NCBI RefSeq assembly: GCF_018350175.1
Contig: NC_058369.1
Span: 28,460,001-28,524,000 of the forward strand
Direction of reading: 5' to 3'
DNA length: 64,000 nt
DNA from: Felis catus
Taxonomy: Eukaryota
A program made the position numbers and the translations under genes. Below the pieces are notes generated by a model that saw only the letters and a list, made by a program, of their open reading frames with translations, did not search any database and was not told the DNA's origin. Below are positions 39,065-52,744 of this stretch, piece after piece (positions within the stretch are counted from its first letter, which is position 1; every line of letters starts with the position of its first letter).

Positions 39065-39879
39065 GCAAAATTACATTTAAGGAGATACTACAACATTCCA
39101 TCCTTGTCATTAGCTCAACATATTAATGAGACTTTCTGAATTCATCTCCAACCACGAACTGGCTGTTGACATGATGTAACAGCAGTAACTCATATACAGT
39201 TTGCTTCAAGTACCTGGCAAATACCAGTTTCATAATGCTTCTATTCGTTGACAGGTGGAAAATTAAATCATTTCTGCATCCTCCTAAGATTAAATCATTT
39301 CTGTATTCCAAAGAAACACTTCAGTGCTCACCAGTACATCCCTGCCCCAACTAGTTGATAAACTGAAAAGAAGAGAATATTAAGGGATGGTGCTTGAGGA
39401 AATAGTTCAAAGGGGAAACTCAGAAAACGAGATTGTGAAGATCTATAATGAGATTTTTCAAAACGGCGCGGTGAGGGAAGGAAGGAGTTGCAGCTGAGTA
39501 ACATATGTTTTTAAGAGGTAAGTTATTCCTTAAAGCAATTACCAAAATGTGAGAGTTGCTCTGGTGGTTCTCAACCTTACACTGGAAGAACTTCTTAGAA
39601 TGCAAGACTAAGAGAGCCAATTACTTCAGCACCAAGCTATGTCGTAAATCTCTGGATCTGGCAGTTCAAAAAAACTCTTGGAAAGTGTTCTTATAAAATC
39701 CTCACTAACAACTCTGACTTTATAAATGTAGACTCTAAAAGGATGAATGAAAACTAACCAATTAGGTAGCAAAGTAGAGAAGAGAGAGCACTGAAGAAAA
39801 AGGCCTTCCAGACTTTCAGTTGTAGTTCTACCACTTAACTAGCTCTGAGAGTTAGATCCTATTTGTAATAAAAACCACA

Positions 39880-40100
39880 TCATAAAAAATTAACAATTAC
39901 ACTGCACTTAGTATGCCAAGGGCTTTCCACGCATTATCCAATGTAATCCTGGTAACAACCCATGAGGGAGAAACTCACCCGAGGCCTGGCTGGAGAAGGG
40001 GGTTGAGTGGCTTGTCCAGTGCCACCTGACTGCTCTGAGTGGTGGAGTCAGGATTCAAACACAAGATTCCCCAACCCCAGAGTCCAGCCCTCAACCATCC
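39880..40100 (-). mobile_element. MIR SINE
   Basis: 'taatcctggtaacaacccatgag', 'ggagtcaggattcaaac'. Confidence 0.7.
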
Positions 40101-40299
40101 ACTGGGCAGACAGGCTCAATAACCTCTTAGAATTATCTAAAAGGCTTCTGAGGTGCTATTATTCTGAGTCAAGTTAGGATGGAGAATAGAAAAAGCTCAG
40201 GCTTTGAAGTGACTTCATGGCCTTGATTCTCAGATAACACTACTCCCTTACAGACCAGCTTAAGGATTAGAGATGATACGAGAGCCACTAGTCTACAGC

Positions 40300-40520
40300 A
40301 ATAATAAAGATAGCCTTTACACAATGCCTGCTATGTGTCAGGCACTAAGCATTTTTCACACATTAAATCATGCAATCTTTACAATGACTTTAAAAATACT
40401 ATTATTTATTTTTAGTCCCATTCCACAGATGAGGAAACAGAGGCAAAGAAAGTCTCTTGGCTTAAATCACAGACTTATTAAATTGCATATCTAGGATTCC
40501 AATCCAAATAGACTGACTCA
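40300..40520 (-). mobile_element. MIR SINE
   Basis: 'ctatgtgtcaggcact...cccattccacagatgaggaaacagaggc'. Confidence 0.8.
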
Positions 40521-40884
40521 CTCAGTGAATCACGTACATTGGACACAATCCATGGATCTGTAATATGAAGGACCTTGGTTATTTCCTAAAGTCTATCAGT
40601 CTCATCCAGACTTTCAGCTAAACTCAGGAGGATCAAACAATCCATATGTGTGTCCAGAAGGCCTGCCTACTTCTGGCTTCAGCAACTTCAGCAGGAACCA
40701 GCTAGAGAAATAAATTGCATAGATCATATATGTATGACTAGGACTTTCTTTTTTCTTAGTCTCCTAGCTGATTGCTTCCTTCATTTTAATACCATGTTGC
40801 TTTAGGTTTCCTAATAAAAACACTGCAGTTCCATACAAGTTTTTCCTGCTTTCGATCTGAGAAAAATTCAGTCCCTTATTCATT

Positions 40885-41101
40885 TTTAAATTATTTAAAT
40901 AACAGATTTTATTTAACCCAATATGTAAAAATATTATTTCAACATGTAATAAAAATTAACAAGATACTTTACATTTTTTTATATGAAGTATTCAAAATTC
41001 TGAGTGTGGTTTACATTTACAGCCCATCTCAAATCAGACTAACCACATTGCAATGCCCAGGAGTCACATGATGCTAGTGGCGACCATATTGAACGACACA
41101 G
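40885..41101. mobile_element. MER33-like hAT-Charlie fragment
   Basis: 'tttatttaacccaatat', 'ttacagcccatctcaa', 'gctagtggcgaccatattgaacgacacag'. Confidence 0.8.
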
Positions 41102-41334
41102 GCCTGGCGTGATTGACTTGAAGCATGCCCTGGTCATCGGTATTTCTAGGTCTGCTTCCTTGGGCAGGTCAAATTCCCCAGAAAAATGTCTTCCAATCCC
41201 CTGCCTCAGTTTTATAAACCTGGCTGCCTATGAATCCAGGATCTAAGTTGGAAAGAGTGAGAGCCCCATTATGGGGACTTTCGTGGCATACCCCTGTTTT
41301 CACCATCAAACCCCTGTCCTCAACTCTACCCAAT

Positions 41335-44300
41335 AAAGGATGTCTGGGATGTTTCCAGTTTTGGGCTATTACAAATAAAGCTGTCATGAACATTTGTGTA
41401 CAGGTTTTTGTGTGAACATAAATTTTCATCTCCTTGGGATAAGTGCCCAAGAGTATGGGAAGTGTATGTTTGGTTTTGTAAGAAACTGCCAAACCATTTT
41501 CCGTTCTATTTCCCACCAGCAATACATGAGTAATCCAGTTTCTCTGCATCCTCACCAGCACTTGGTGTTATCATTAGCACTATACACTTATCAGAATGGC
41601 TAAAATAAAAAAACAATAACTATACACTTATCAGAATAGCTAAAATAAAAAAAAAATAATGGTAACACCAAGTGCTGGTGAGGATGCTGAATAAGTATAT
41701 GGCGATATATCATTATGGTTCTAATGGGCATTTCCCAGATGGCTAATAATGTTGAACATCTTTTAATGTGCTTAGTTGCTGTCTGTATAACCTCTTCAGT
41801 GAAATGCCTAGGGCTTTTGCTCATTTTTTCATTGGATAGTTTGTTTTTATACTGTTAAGTTTGAAAGGTCTCTGAGTATTCTGGACACTAGTGCTTTGTC
41901 AGAAATGTGGTTTGCAAATATTTTTTCTCAGTCTGTAACTTGTCTTTTCATTCTCTTAACAGTGTCTTTAACAGAGAAAAAGTATTAAATCTAATGAAGT
42001 CCAATATGTCATTTGTTTCCCTTTCGTGTATTGTGTTTTGTGTCAAGTCTAACAGCTCTTTGCCTAGCCCTAGATCCCAAAGATTTTCTCTTACATTTTC
42101 TTCTGTGTTACAGTTTTATGGGATTTTTTTTCTATATTTAGTCCATGATACATTTTGAGTTAATTTTTATATAAGGTATGAGATTTCGTTTTAGGCCCAT
42201 TTTTTGCCAACTGCTCTAGGGTCATTTATTGAAAAGGTTCTCTCTTCTCCATTGAGGGAAATTGCACATTTGTCAAAAATCAGTTGGGCACATTCATTTA
42301 GATATATTTTTGGGGTTCCCTACCCTGATCTATTGATGTATGTGCATAGCACTCCATGAATAGCCACATAGTAGCTGTCCTATAAGCTTTGAAATTGGGT
42401 AGACTATTTCTCCCATGCTATTCTTCTTCTCCAATATTGTTCCTTTGTCTCCATATAAATTTTAGAATAATCTTGTCTACATTTAAAAAAAATCATGATG
42501 TGATTTTGGTAGGAACTGCATCAAACCTGTCTATCAATATGGGGAGAACTGGTATCCTTACTATGCTGGGACTTCCAAATCATGAACACTGTATGTTTCT
42601 CCATGTATTTCAATTTTCTTTGATTTCTTTCTTTAGTATTAGGTCATTTTCAGTATGTGAGTTCTGTAAGTGTTTTATTATATTTATACCTAAGAATTTA
42701 ATAATTGTTAGTTACTATAAATTGTATTCTTTTTTAAAAATTTTTTTATTTTAAGTAATGCCTGCACCTAATGTGGGGCTTGAACTCATGACTTCAAGTC
42801 AAGAGTTGCATGCTCCTGTGACTGAGCCAGCCAGGCAGCCCCCTCAGTTGTATTCTTAATTACAGTGTCTACATGTTCATTGCTAGTATACATAAATACA
42901 ACTGATACTTAAAATGTATCTTATCTTCTACAACCTGTTGAACTCACATATTAGTTTTAAGAGGTTTTATTATTTTTTTTAGATCATTTAGGATTTTCCA
43001 AGTAAAAATCATGTCATCAGCAGTAGCAGGTTTTCTTTCTTCTTTTCTGTCTGTGTGCCTTTTATTTCCTTTATTGCCTTCCTGCATTGACTAGAAATCC
43101 CTGCACTTTGTTGAAAAGAACTGGCAAAAATAGACATCCTTGCCTTACCTCCTGACTTGGGGAAAAGCATTCAGTCTTTCATCATTAAGTATAATGTTAG
43201 CTGTGGGCAATTTAAAAAGATGTTCTTTATCAAGTTGAGGAAGTTTCCCTCTATTCCTATTTTTCTGAGAGTTTTTATTATATGTCAGTATTGAATTTCG
43301 TCAAATCCTTTTTCTGCATCAAGATAAAATCATATGATTTTTTTCCCTCTTTTGTGTGGTTAATTAAATTGATTAGCTTTTTAATGTCAACCCAGCCTTG
43401 TATCCCTGAAATAGAGCCCATGGTTATCATGTATACCTTTTTAATGAATTCTATTTGCTAATACGTTGTTAAGAAGTTGGGGGTTTATAAATGTAAGGGT
43501 TATTGATCTATAGTTTTCTTTTTTATATTGTTTCTGCCTGACTTTGGTATCTAGATAATAGTAGCTTCATAAAATGAACTATACCTTCTTCTATTTCCTA
43601 GAAGAGTCTTTGTAGAATTGATGCTAATTCATCTTTAAATGTTTGGTAGAATTCTCCAGCAAAATAATCTGGACCTGAGATATATTTTGGGGGGGGGGGG
43701 CAGTTAAACTTATTTCAATTTCTTTAATAGTTAAAAGACTATTCAAACTATTTCATACTAGGTAAACTGTGAGATTGAGAAAGGGATTTATTTTTTTCTA
43801 AGTTGTCAAATTTATGTGTGTAGAATTGTTCATAGCATTCCTTTACTATCCTTTTGATAGGTGCAGGGTCTATTGTGTTTCATTTCTGAGACTGGTATTA
43901 TATGTCTTCTGTCCTTTTTTCTATGTCAGTCTTCCTAGTTGTTTGCCAATTTTATTAATTTCTTTGAAGAAACAGCTGCTCCCGCTTTCTTTTAATTAAT
44001 ACATGTATTACAGGTATATCTCTTCCTTCCTTTTACTTCTAATCTGCCTCTATGGTTATATTTGAAGGGAGTTTCTTATAGAGAGTATATAGTTGGGTTG
44101 TGTTTTTTTAAACAACTCTGCCAGTCTGCTACAAGTGGAGTATTCAGACCATTTAACTTTAATATAATTACTGATATTTTATGTCCTAGCCTAGCATTTT
44201 ATTTTTGTTTGTTTGCTGTTTCCTCTCTGGTTTTTGTGTTTCTGTTTTTGCTTTCCTGCCTTCTGGTAGGTTATTCGAATTGTTTTTTTTTTTTTTTTTG

Positions 44301-44835
44301 AATTCTATTTTGATATACCTAAAGTGTTTTTGAATACATCTCCTTGTAGAACTTTTTTGCTCTATGTATTATATATTCATAACTTATAAAATAACTGGTG
44401 GAATTTTATCAATCTAAATAAAATATAGAAACCTGGCCTCCTTTTATGTCCCTTTACGCTCCCCATTTATAATTCTCTTATTAAATATTTCAATCATTTG
44501 CATCTACATCAGAAACTACTATAATTTTTGCTTCAATCTTTAAATATAATTTAGAAATTTCAGGAATAAAAGGTAAGCCTAATGTATTTATCAATATTTT
44601 TGCTTACTGTGGTTTTTCTTCCTTCCTGTGTTCCAAGGATCCATTTTTTTTTTTAAATCATTTTCCTTCTGTTAGCCATTCTTTTAGAGTAGCTCTGTTG
44701 GTCACAAATTCTCTTGGTTTTCCTTCATCTGAAAAAAAAAATCTTGACTTCCCTTTCATTCCTAAAGGATGTTTTCACTGGTTATAGCATTCTGAGTTAA
44801 CTCTGGGTTGACTATCATTTTCATTCAGTACTTGA
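41335..44835 (-). mobile_element. Old L1 (L1MB/L1MC-like), ORF2 and upstream part, with internal deletions and a rearrangement
   Basis: Antisense L1: 'gtttccagttttgggctattacaaataaagctg', RT-region 'gggaaaagcattcagtctttcatcattaagtataatgttagctgtggg'; ORFs at 41169-41561 and 41600-41824 are L1 ORF2-like. Confidence 0.9.
42732..42843 (-). mobile_element. Short tRNA-derived carnivore SINE nested in L1
   Basis: 'gtggggcttgaactcatgac...agagttgcatgctc...gactgagccagccagg'; TSD ttgtattctt. Confidence 0.85.
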
Positions 44836-44886
44836 AAGCCTTAAGTTCCTAAGTCTTAGCAGAAATTCAAAAATAAGACAGGTAGA

Positions 44887-45091
44887 GGGGTGCCTAGGTG
44901 GCTCAGTCAGTTGAGCGTCTGACTTTTGCTCAAGTCATGATCTCACAGTTCATGAGTTCAAGCCCCACATAGGGCTGGCTGCTGTCAGCACAGAGCCTGC
45001 TTTGGATCCTCTCTGTCTCCCTCTCTCTCTCTGCCCTTCCCCTGCTTGCGCTCTCTCTCTCTCTCTCTCAAAAATAAATAAACATTAAAAC
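44887..45091 (+). mobile_element. Can-SINE (SINEC)
   Basis: TSD aaaataagacaggtaga / aaaataagacatgtaga. Confidence 0.94.
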
Positions 45092-46279
45092 AAAATAAGA
45101 CATGTAGAAAAAGCTAAAAATATATACATAATAAACTGGATCCTGTTGAGTTGAACCATCACGAGGCTATAAGGAACTCTGATTCTGGCAGGAGGAATAG
45201 CCATGTAATAATAATTACGTGTTTAAGTGCAAAAATGCAAGTATGTAATGGTCACAGTGCCGATGCACAGAGTGAGCTGTAGCGCTTGGGAGAATCGGCA
45301 GAAGCTTCTCAGAGATCTGTGAGCTGAATTCTAAAGGTTCAATAGTTAAAGGAGTTTCCAAGGAGAGGGGGAAGCATGTGCAAAAGCCCTAAGAGAAGAG
45401 AACATGGCATGTTCGGGACATGATATGAAGTAATGCCAGACTGAAGTACAGAACATTTCTAGGCATAAGGGGAGAAGATGGAAACACAGGTAAGGGGGTG
45501 CAGGAGGCCTTCATCCTCTCCTAAGGAGTTTAAACTTCATCCCAGATACCCCCAAAGAACTGCAAAATAGATGAAACTGGTGAATATAATATTCAAACAA
45601 TGACAGCTAGTGGGACACACTTTTAAATGTAGCTTTTCAATGACTCATTATCTTTATTCTCCTATATATCAAAACTTAGTTTCTGTACTGGTAGGAAGGA
45701 AGCGTTAACAGCCAATAAAATTAGAAGACTCGGCTGAGTCGCTGCCTCTTGCAGTCCATTTTAAACACACTCCGTCCTTCCTGCGGAATGATTTCAGGGT
45801 CTCTGCAATGGGTAAGGGAAGGAGCCTGGCAGGGGTCAATGGCTAGATGGCAGCATGTTAAGCGAGGTGTTTCAGCTTTCCTGTAGCTTTGAATTCTCCA
45901 GATTTTGTCAGTTTTTGTCAAATGTAGTTTGCATTATTTACTAAATAAAAATTTCCAACGGCTGAAAAATAAATATCAGGTTTGGGTACACCATGTCAAA
46001 ATTACGCTCTGAGCTCCAGAAATGTCCACAGGACCTTCAGAGAGAAATATCCCTATCCCTCACAACCATTTATCATGTTGACCCCTTTCCCCGCAACATA
46101 CCCCTCTCCCACCCACTATGAGCATCTACATTATGTTCTAGAATCTAGATGGAAGTCTGTTTGGGTTTCATATAGATGGGTATCACTGATTATAACTAGT
46201 ATCACATTTTCAGTGAAAATTAATTTCAGCAAGCGTATAGAAATAAAAAGCAGAATAAAATTTAAAAACCTCTATGCAT

Positions 46280-46523
46280 GCGGTGCCTACGTGGCTCAGT
46301 CAGTTGAGCATCTGACTTCGGCTCAGGTTATGATCTCGCCGTTCCTGGGGTTAGGACTCCATGTCGGGCTCTGTGCTGACAGCTCAGAGCCTGGAGCCTG
46401 CTTCGGATTCTGTGTCTCCCTCTCTCTCTTTCTCTGCCCCTCCCTTACTTGGCACTCTCTCTCTCTCTCTTCTCTCAAAAAATAAAAATTAAAAAAAATT
46501 TGTTAATAAAAAATAAAAAGAAA
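46280..46523 (+). mobile_element. Can-SINE (SINEC)
   Basis: TSD taaaaacctctatg / taaaaacctccatg. Confidence 0.92.
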
Positions 46524-46619
46524 TAAAAACCTCCATGTGCAACATGAGTGCCTATTTGGGCACAGTGTTATTTCCTTCTCAGTCCCAATCATTTTTAAAA
46601 GTCATATTTATTGCTACCG

Positions 46620-46688
46620 AATTGTATATTAAAAACGCTTACAATGGAAAATTTTATGTTATTTATATTTTTCCACAATAAAAAAAAT
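46620..46688 (+). mobile_element. Old L1 extreme 3' end
   Basis: 'aattgtatattaaaaa...aattttatgttatttatatttttccacaataaaaaaaa'. Confidence 0.65.
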
Positions 46689-49600
46689 TGTCAAAGTTAA
46701 ACAGAAGAAGAGAAAAGAAATGAGTGCCACATCCATGCTGCTTCTCAAAGGGAGACATTGGCCATGCCTTGGAAGCAAGGAAGGGAAGACACACTGGGTA
46801 GTTGATCTAATTCAGAGCTGGTGGTGAGGGGTCTTCAGTTGCATTAGGAGCTCCATAGCATTCAATCTCTTTTTAAAGGAAAGAAATTTGCAAGCCTGAT
46901 GGACTTGAAAGAAATGCCTCCTTTTTAGAACAGAAAAAGAGCATATGAAAGTTTCCCATTGAAAATGAAGAAGCGAACTGGAACATTAACAGACAGGGAG
47001 CAAGGAACCAAACATCGTCAACCTGTTTAGCTCATGCACATCAGAATGTGAAGACATTTGCTTGCATTCCTTTGCCACCGAAGATAATTTTCTTTTAATT
47101 CCCATTTCTTTTATGGTGTGTGTGTTGTTTTGTTTTCTCTCTGTGGCTACTGTTCGAAAGTAAGTTAACTGTATGAGTACAAACTGGGATCTGTATATGT
47201 TCCAGCCCCATACTCTTTGGTGAACTTGACAATTTGAATGGATCAGGCTTCCAAAAGTGGAAAATTATTCCCACAAAATTACTATCTTGTGAGAAAATGT
47301 CCCTTCTGAAAACACTTTCTAGTCTTGATAAGAACTAAAATACCTTGCTACCTGAAGGCATGTTAATTAAATTTAAAAGATTATCATGTCAAGGGAGAAT
47401 AACCCTAATCAACCTGGGAATCTGCTTTTCTCAAATATGTTGAGAGCCGGTATTTATTTAGAACTTATCTGTATGCTTCCCTCCATTCTCTACACAGTGT
47501 TTTATTTCTCCCCAGGTCCTTCTTGACATCTTTTTCCACACTGCCTTGAGGCCCTTCTCATCCAGTTACACAACAAACTATACCTGAATTATGTTCAAAT
47601 AAGCAGGGAGACTGGCATCTTCTGTAGAAAACATATGGGCTATCAGAAGTGATGTCCTGAATTGTTGCCTCATCATGACATTACTTTAATGAAGGCACTA
47701 TTTCATATGTGTAATAAACAATATGGTGTCTAATAGATTTGTGTAAAGTGCCTAAAATTAAGCAAGCACAATTACATGAGTTAGTATCATATTATCATGC
47801 AGCACTACATTTGATAATTAAAAAACAAATGAAAAGCCAGCCCACTGTCTTCATTGAAACTGTCAGTTGCAGATTTTTACTTTAAACTCTACTGGTCATT
47901 ACTCTACCCTCTTCTGTGTTGGGTCGTTATTTTATCTAGAAAACTCCAAACCCATTTTTTCATCCATACATACTACACGGAACCTTAGATTCTCCTAATG
48001 ACCCAACAGATTTTTGGATAGTTAACTATCCTACTGTAACTGGTCTTGTTTAGAAGAAATGAAAGTTAAGATTGTGGCGGTAAAGGACAAGCTGTCAACC
48101 CATTAAATAAATTCCTGTTGAAAAGTTACTAAATGCACTGAGTATTAACATAATTTATTAGAGCAATTAGAACACATCCTTGTTGTCTTTTAATTAGATT
48201 ATTCCTTGTTCTGATAATTACACTAGACAAGGAAGAATAATAGTTTCAGGATTCTAAGATCATCTGTAGACTATGTGGAAAGAGAATGATCAATAATGCT
48301 AATCTACTAGAACACTTAAATTTCCAGAAAGAGATCTTTTATCATGAGCAATCCTTTGTATAATCAGCATTATTTCTCAATGTCTATGATAATCCTTCCC
48401 AAAGTTTAAAAGTAAAGATGCTAGACAAATAACATTTATTGCACTGTTGAAAACCCAGTCAGGCTGGGCCACCTCTGGCCTCTACCGGCTCAGACATTGC
48501 TTCACTCTCTTGCAAAATGCCAACAAATAACCACAAATGAAGGATTTAAGATTCCATGCAGAGCAGCATGGCCAGGAGTCTGAATATCTAACAGAGAAAA
48601 GACATGATTTTTAAGTTCTGATCCTAAGAGAGGAGTCATAAACTTCCCAATTTAAAAATATATTCAAATAGATGAAAATTTCTCGTAAATGAGAGTTAAT
48701 CTGAATATAAAACTGGTGACATTTCCATACATGAAGATATTATTTGCAGAAATTAATGTGGAGGCGTCTGTATGACAGGGAATATAGCTGGGCTTGCAGA
48801 AGTGGACTGAGGCCTTTACATATGAGTTGTATTACTATCTCTGGTTTTAAAAGTTTTAGAAACCACAGAGAATTCAAAAGCTCCAAGGTTCCTCTCATGC
48901 CCTATGCAACTGTCACCAAACAAGCTAGGAAATCCTAGAGAGCAGCTCCCAAGACTTCAAGGATTCAGAGTCTTTCTAAAAAGTCAGGAGTTGGCATATG
49001 CTGTCCTCTAGGATAACCCTACAGTTGAGCAGGATGATGCTGGGATACACAGAGTTGACACCATGAATCTGAAGGTCTCTGTAATAAGGGGCAACACAAA
49101 TATCCCACCAGCAGCTTGGATTACAGGAATCTCAGCCCCACTGTTGACCGAGTCTGCCCTAGTCAATGCAAAGTCATAATGAGACCATGTCTAGACAGTA
49201 TTGATCTCCCACCAGAGAAAAAAATAATTCAGAATGTGACTTCTCTTCTAGCTTGGCCCAAATAACACCCAAATCAGGAGTTTTCATTCATACACTGTGA
49301 GCATTCTCCATAACCAAAGTCATTTTATCAACTAGGCAGTCAATGACACACATAAGCTTCTTTTCAAGGTATATATGAAATTTTTGATATTTGAAGTCTT
49401 TCATATTCAAATAGCAAATAAGAAAGTTGCTTAAACCTATTAAAAAATCTAGAGACATCAAATGAGTTTTTATGTGTTTTTTACCTTGCCAGGCAAAGGA
49501 GACAGACGTTTAAAAAAATGAGCGTCCACACAACCTGAAAGAATGAAAACTCAAATTAACATGGATTAAATATCTAGAGAAGTCATTAGCTTAAGTCATC

Positions 49601-49908
49601 TGAATGATTTCCATGAAGTCTGGTAGTGTAAGAGCAGAGGAACATCGCTATAACCCAGTTGTCCATTCCAGCTGGGAAGACCTGTTTCCCCATTGATGCA
49701 CCTCTTTAAATTGTCAGGGGTGCTACTAAGAACTTAAGTTCCCCACTACTCTGATCTCCAGACTAGAGAAATCTATGGGGCAGAATATTATCTTAGAGGC
49801 ACCACAGATTTTCATTTGAGTGCCCAGGGGTCAAGCATTCCAAAGCCAGGCTGAGTATTGGCTCTGCTCCCAGAGAGTCAGGCAGGAAGGAAATATGATT
49901 TAAAACAC

Positions 49909-50064
49909 AAACGGAGGGTTGATGGGGGGTGGGAGGGAGGAGAGAGTGGGGGATGGGTATTGAGGAGGGCACCTGTTGGAATGAGCACTGGGTGTTGTAT
50001 GGAAACCAATTTGACAATAAATTTCATATTTTAAACAAACAAACAAACAAACAAACAAACAAAC
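49909..50064 (+). mobile_element. 5'-truncated felid L1 3' end with (AAAC)n tail
   Basis: G-rich 3' UTR, 'gagcactgggtgttgtatggaaaccaatttgacaataaa'; short TSD aaacac. Confidence 0.9.
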
Positions 50065-51604
50065 AAACACTAGTAGGAATGGAGTTAAAAAGCTCCCCAG
50101 GCAGTGTGATAGTAAGCTAGGACTGAGAAACTCCAGCTAAAAAGGGGAGTCAGAGAGAATTCTCTCTGACTTGGGGGTTGAACTAAAACCATGGCTTTGA
50201 GGTATTCAGGTGATGCCACAGCCACAGGGAAGAAAGCCTTATAAGGTAGATTTTTTTGCCTCATTGAAGGAAAATGAAACAACCATTTCATTATTTTAAA
50301 ATAGTATCAAGGTACAAATCTATCCAATAGAAGAATATTAAATAAAAAGAATCCACAGGGAGATTTCTACCATTATAAATAGTTCCTTATAAATGCCACC
50401 CAGAGATAAAATTATCATTTCTGTGTTCCCAACCAAAATAAGCCTGCAAGTCTGGGAAATACTTTGCCCTCTAAAGCAACCAGAAGAAAGTCCCTTCAGT
50501 CTACGAGTTCTTGTCCTACTGGGTATTGAACCCTTTGAGCATTCACTCCCCAAACTGAAATTCAAAAGGCCAACTAATAGCTAGAGAACTGGGTAACTAT
50601 GGATAACTAGAAACATTAACTATTTATAGCACTACTTCCCCAAATGGTCTGTATATAATTTCTTGCAAGCTTAGTAAAAATCCTACACGTGTCTGAAATG
50701 AAATGAAGGGAAACCAATAATGAACTTCCTTTTCTCTGTGTTAATGAAAAACATAACTATGCCATGAAAAGCAAGAGAGACATAGTATTCATCCTTTTCT
50801 TCTCATCCAAGGAAGGTAACATTATGAGGGTTCTAATTTAGAGTACACCACTATAGCAGATTTCTAGGACATAAAGTTAAGTTTATAGTCTACCTCAATC
50901 CTAACACACTGGGGTTAAGGTAAGTATCTATACATCTCTCTAGTTATCAAGAGAGAGTGATAGTGGTAAAATAAATAAATAAAACTTGGATACACATTTA
51001 AAAGATGTGCTGCTTATTTCAAAATAAGGCAAGAACAATTGCAATTTAGGAGGCTGTGTTGAAGAAACTTAACTCTCTTTAACAAAAATGGATACTAGCA
51101 AATACTTAAAAAACACATACACACACAAAGCTATGCTGTAACATTTGGTAGAATCTTATTTTACCATTCTGATTTGGCTAAATGTTAAAGTAGCCAAACA
51201 TAATAGGAAAAAATTTCCCTATTGATTAGGTAATTGATTTGAAATATTCATGAACTTAGTTGAAGTATAAGTAGTAAGTTCCAGAAACAAGAAATAAATC
51301 ACATGTATCCACAAAGAGGAATGAATGTGTTCTGTGCAATCTTGGGGAATAGATTTTTTAAGGCACTTCATAAAATCATTGACTCTGGAGCAGGAAAAAA
51401 ACCCTACACATATCAACCCAGAGCATTCTTATTCCTGCCTTCACAGCAAGAGCCCAAAAATAAAAGTTATTTCCTAAGACTTCCTCAGAATGTGATTCAA
51501 TGCATTGTCTATTTAAATAAATGTTTTCTGCCATTTAAAGTTATGTGGCAATTTTTTTTCCCAATGACTAACCAAATATGCCTATTCTATCAATCAGTTA
51601 TTTC

Positions 51605-51833
51605 TTTTCATTCTTAATTTTTTTTAGTATTTATTTATTTTTGAGAGACACAGAGAGAGAGAGTATAAGCAGGGGTGCGTCAGGCAGAGAGAGAGGGGAC
51701 ACAGAATCTAAAGCAGGCTCCAGGCTCTGAGCTGTCAGCACAGAGCCTAACATGGGACTCGAACCCACAAACCATGAGATCATGACCTGAGCCGAAGTCA
51801 GGCATTTAACTGACTATGCCACCCAGGTGCCCC
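51605..51833 (-). mobile_element. Can-SINE (SINEC)
   Basis: TSD tcaatcagttatttc / tcaatcagttctttc. Confidence 0.94.
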
Positions 51834-52744
51834 TCAATCAGTTCTTTCCTAAAGCTGCAAATGAAGACAGAGGGATAGCTCTTAGGTGCCATCCTCTCTC
51901 GTAAAAATCACACCTCAGCTATTTCTTTTCAAAAGTGATCAATCATACCTGTGACTATCTTCCAAAGATAGCTGAAGTTTTCCTGAATCTTACAAACTCA
52001 GTGCAAGAGCTAGAAAATGTCTTTCCAGGATGCATATGGAGGAAAGGAAGTCGTGCCATTTCTCTTAATTTATTTCTGAATTCCGCTTGGTCTTCATTAG
52101 TGCTACAGAACTGCCTTATTATTCAATGTCCTCAGTGACCCCCTGATCATTTTTCCCTGAGGGTGCATATTTGTTCACTAACTATATTACAATTTTGTGA
52201 TCTGCTGGATTTTCTCTGATATTCTACTCTACATCTGTCCGAAATTAATGAATTCCATTCTTCTTGGCTTCTACTCCTCCTGTTTATTAAATTCACTCTG
52301 AACATGGAGTTTATTTTCAAAGGAATTAATAATTCTTTATTCTCAGCTTGGTATTAACAATGAATTTAATATGCATTGTATTTAATCAATTTTTTTAAGC
52401 ATACTGAAGACAAATTTAGTTACAATGTTAGTGTTCCAAACCTTCCATTCCCCCAGAAAAGAAATTTATTTTGCTTGGCCTTTCCCTTCACTCCCTTTCT
52501 AGGAGAACTATTAATTTTTGTGATGCAGAATTATGTGATTGATAACAAAAACAGAACTGGAAGATTGGGATGAAAATGAGAGGGGGGAAAAAAAGCCTAA
52601 GTCTGCAGCCTTAATAGATATAGTATAGCTATGAAAGTAAAGGGACAAAAAAAAGAGAGAACTGGCCCCTGAGTAGTATAAAGTGAAAGATCACTAGAAA
52701 GAGAAGAAGAATGGAAGGGGATTTTAAGAATCATTGCCATGTGC

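Noticed and set aside
39262..39303. Short direct repeat attaaatcatttctg x2
   Set aside because: An ordinary small tandem duplication with no further structure
45982..46485. 167-aa ORF
   Set aside because: Non-ATG start, no recognisable domain, and the last third is translated Can-SINE
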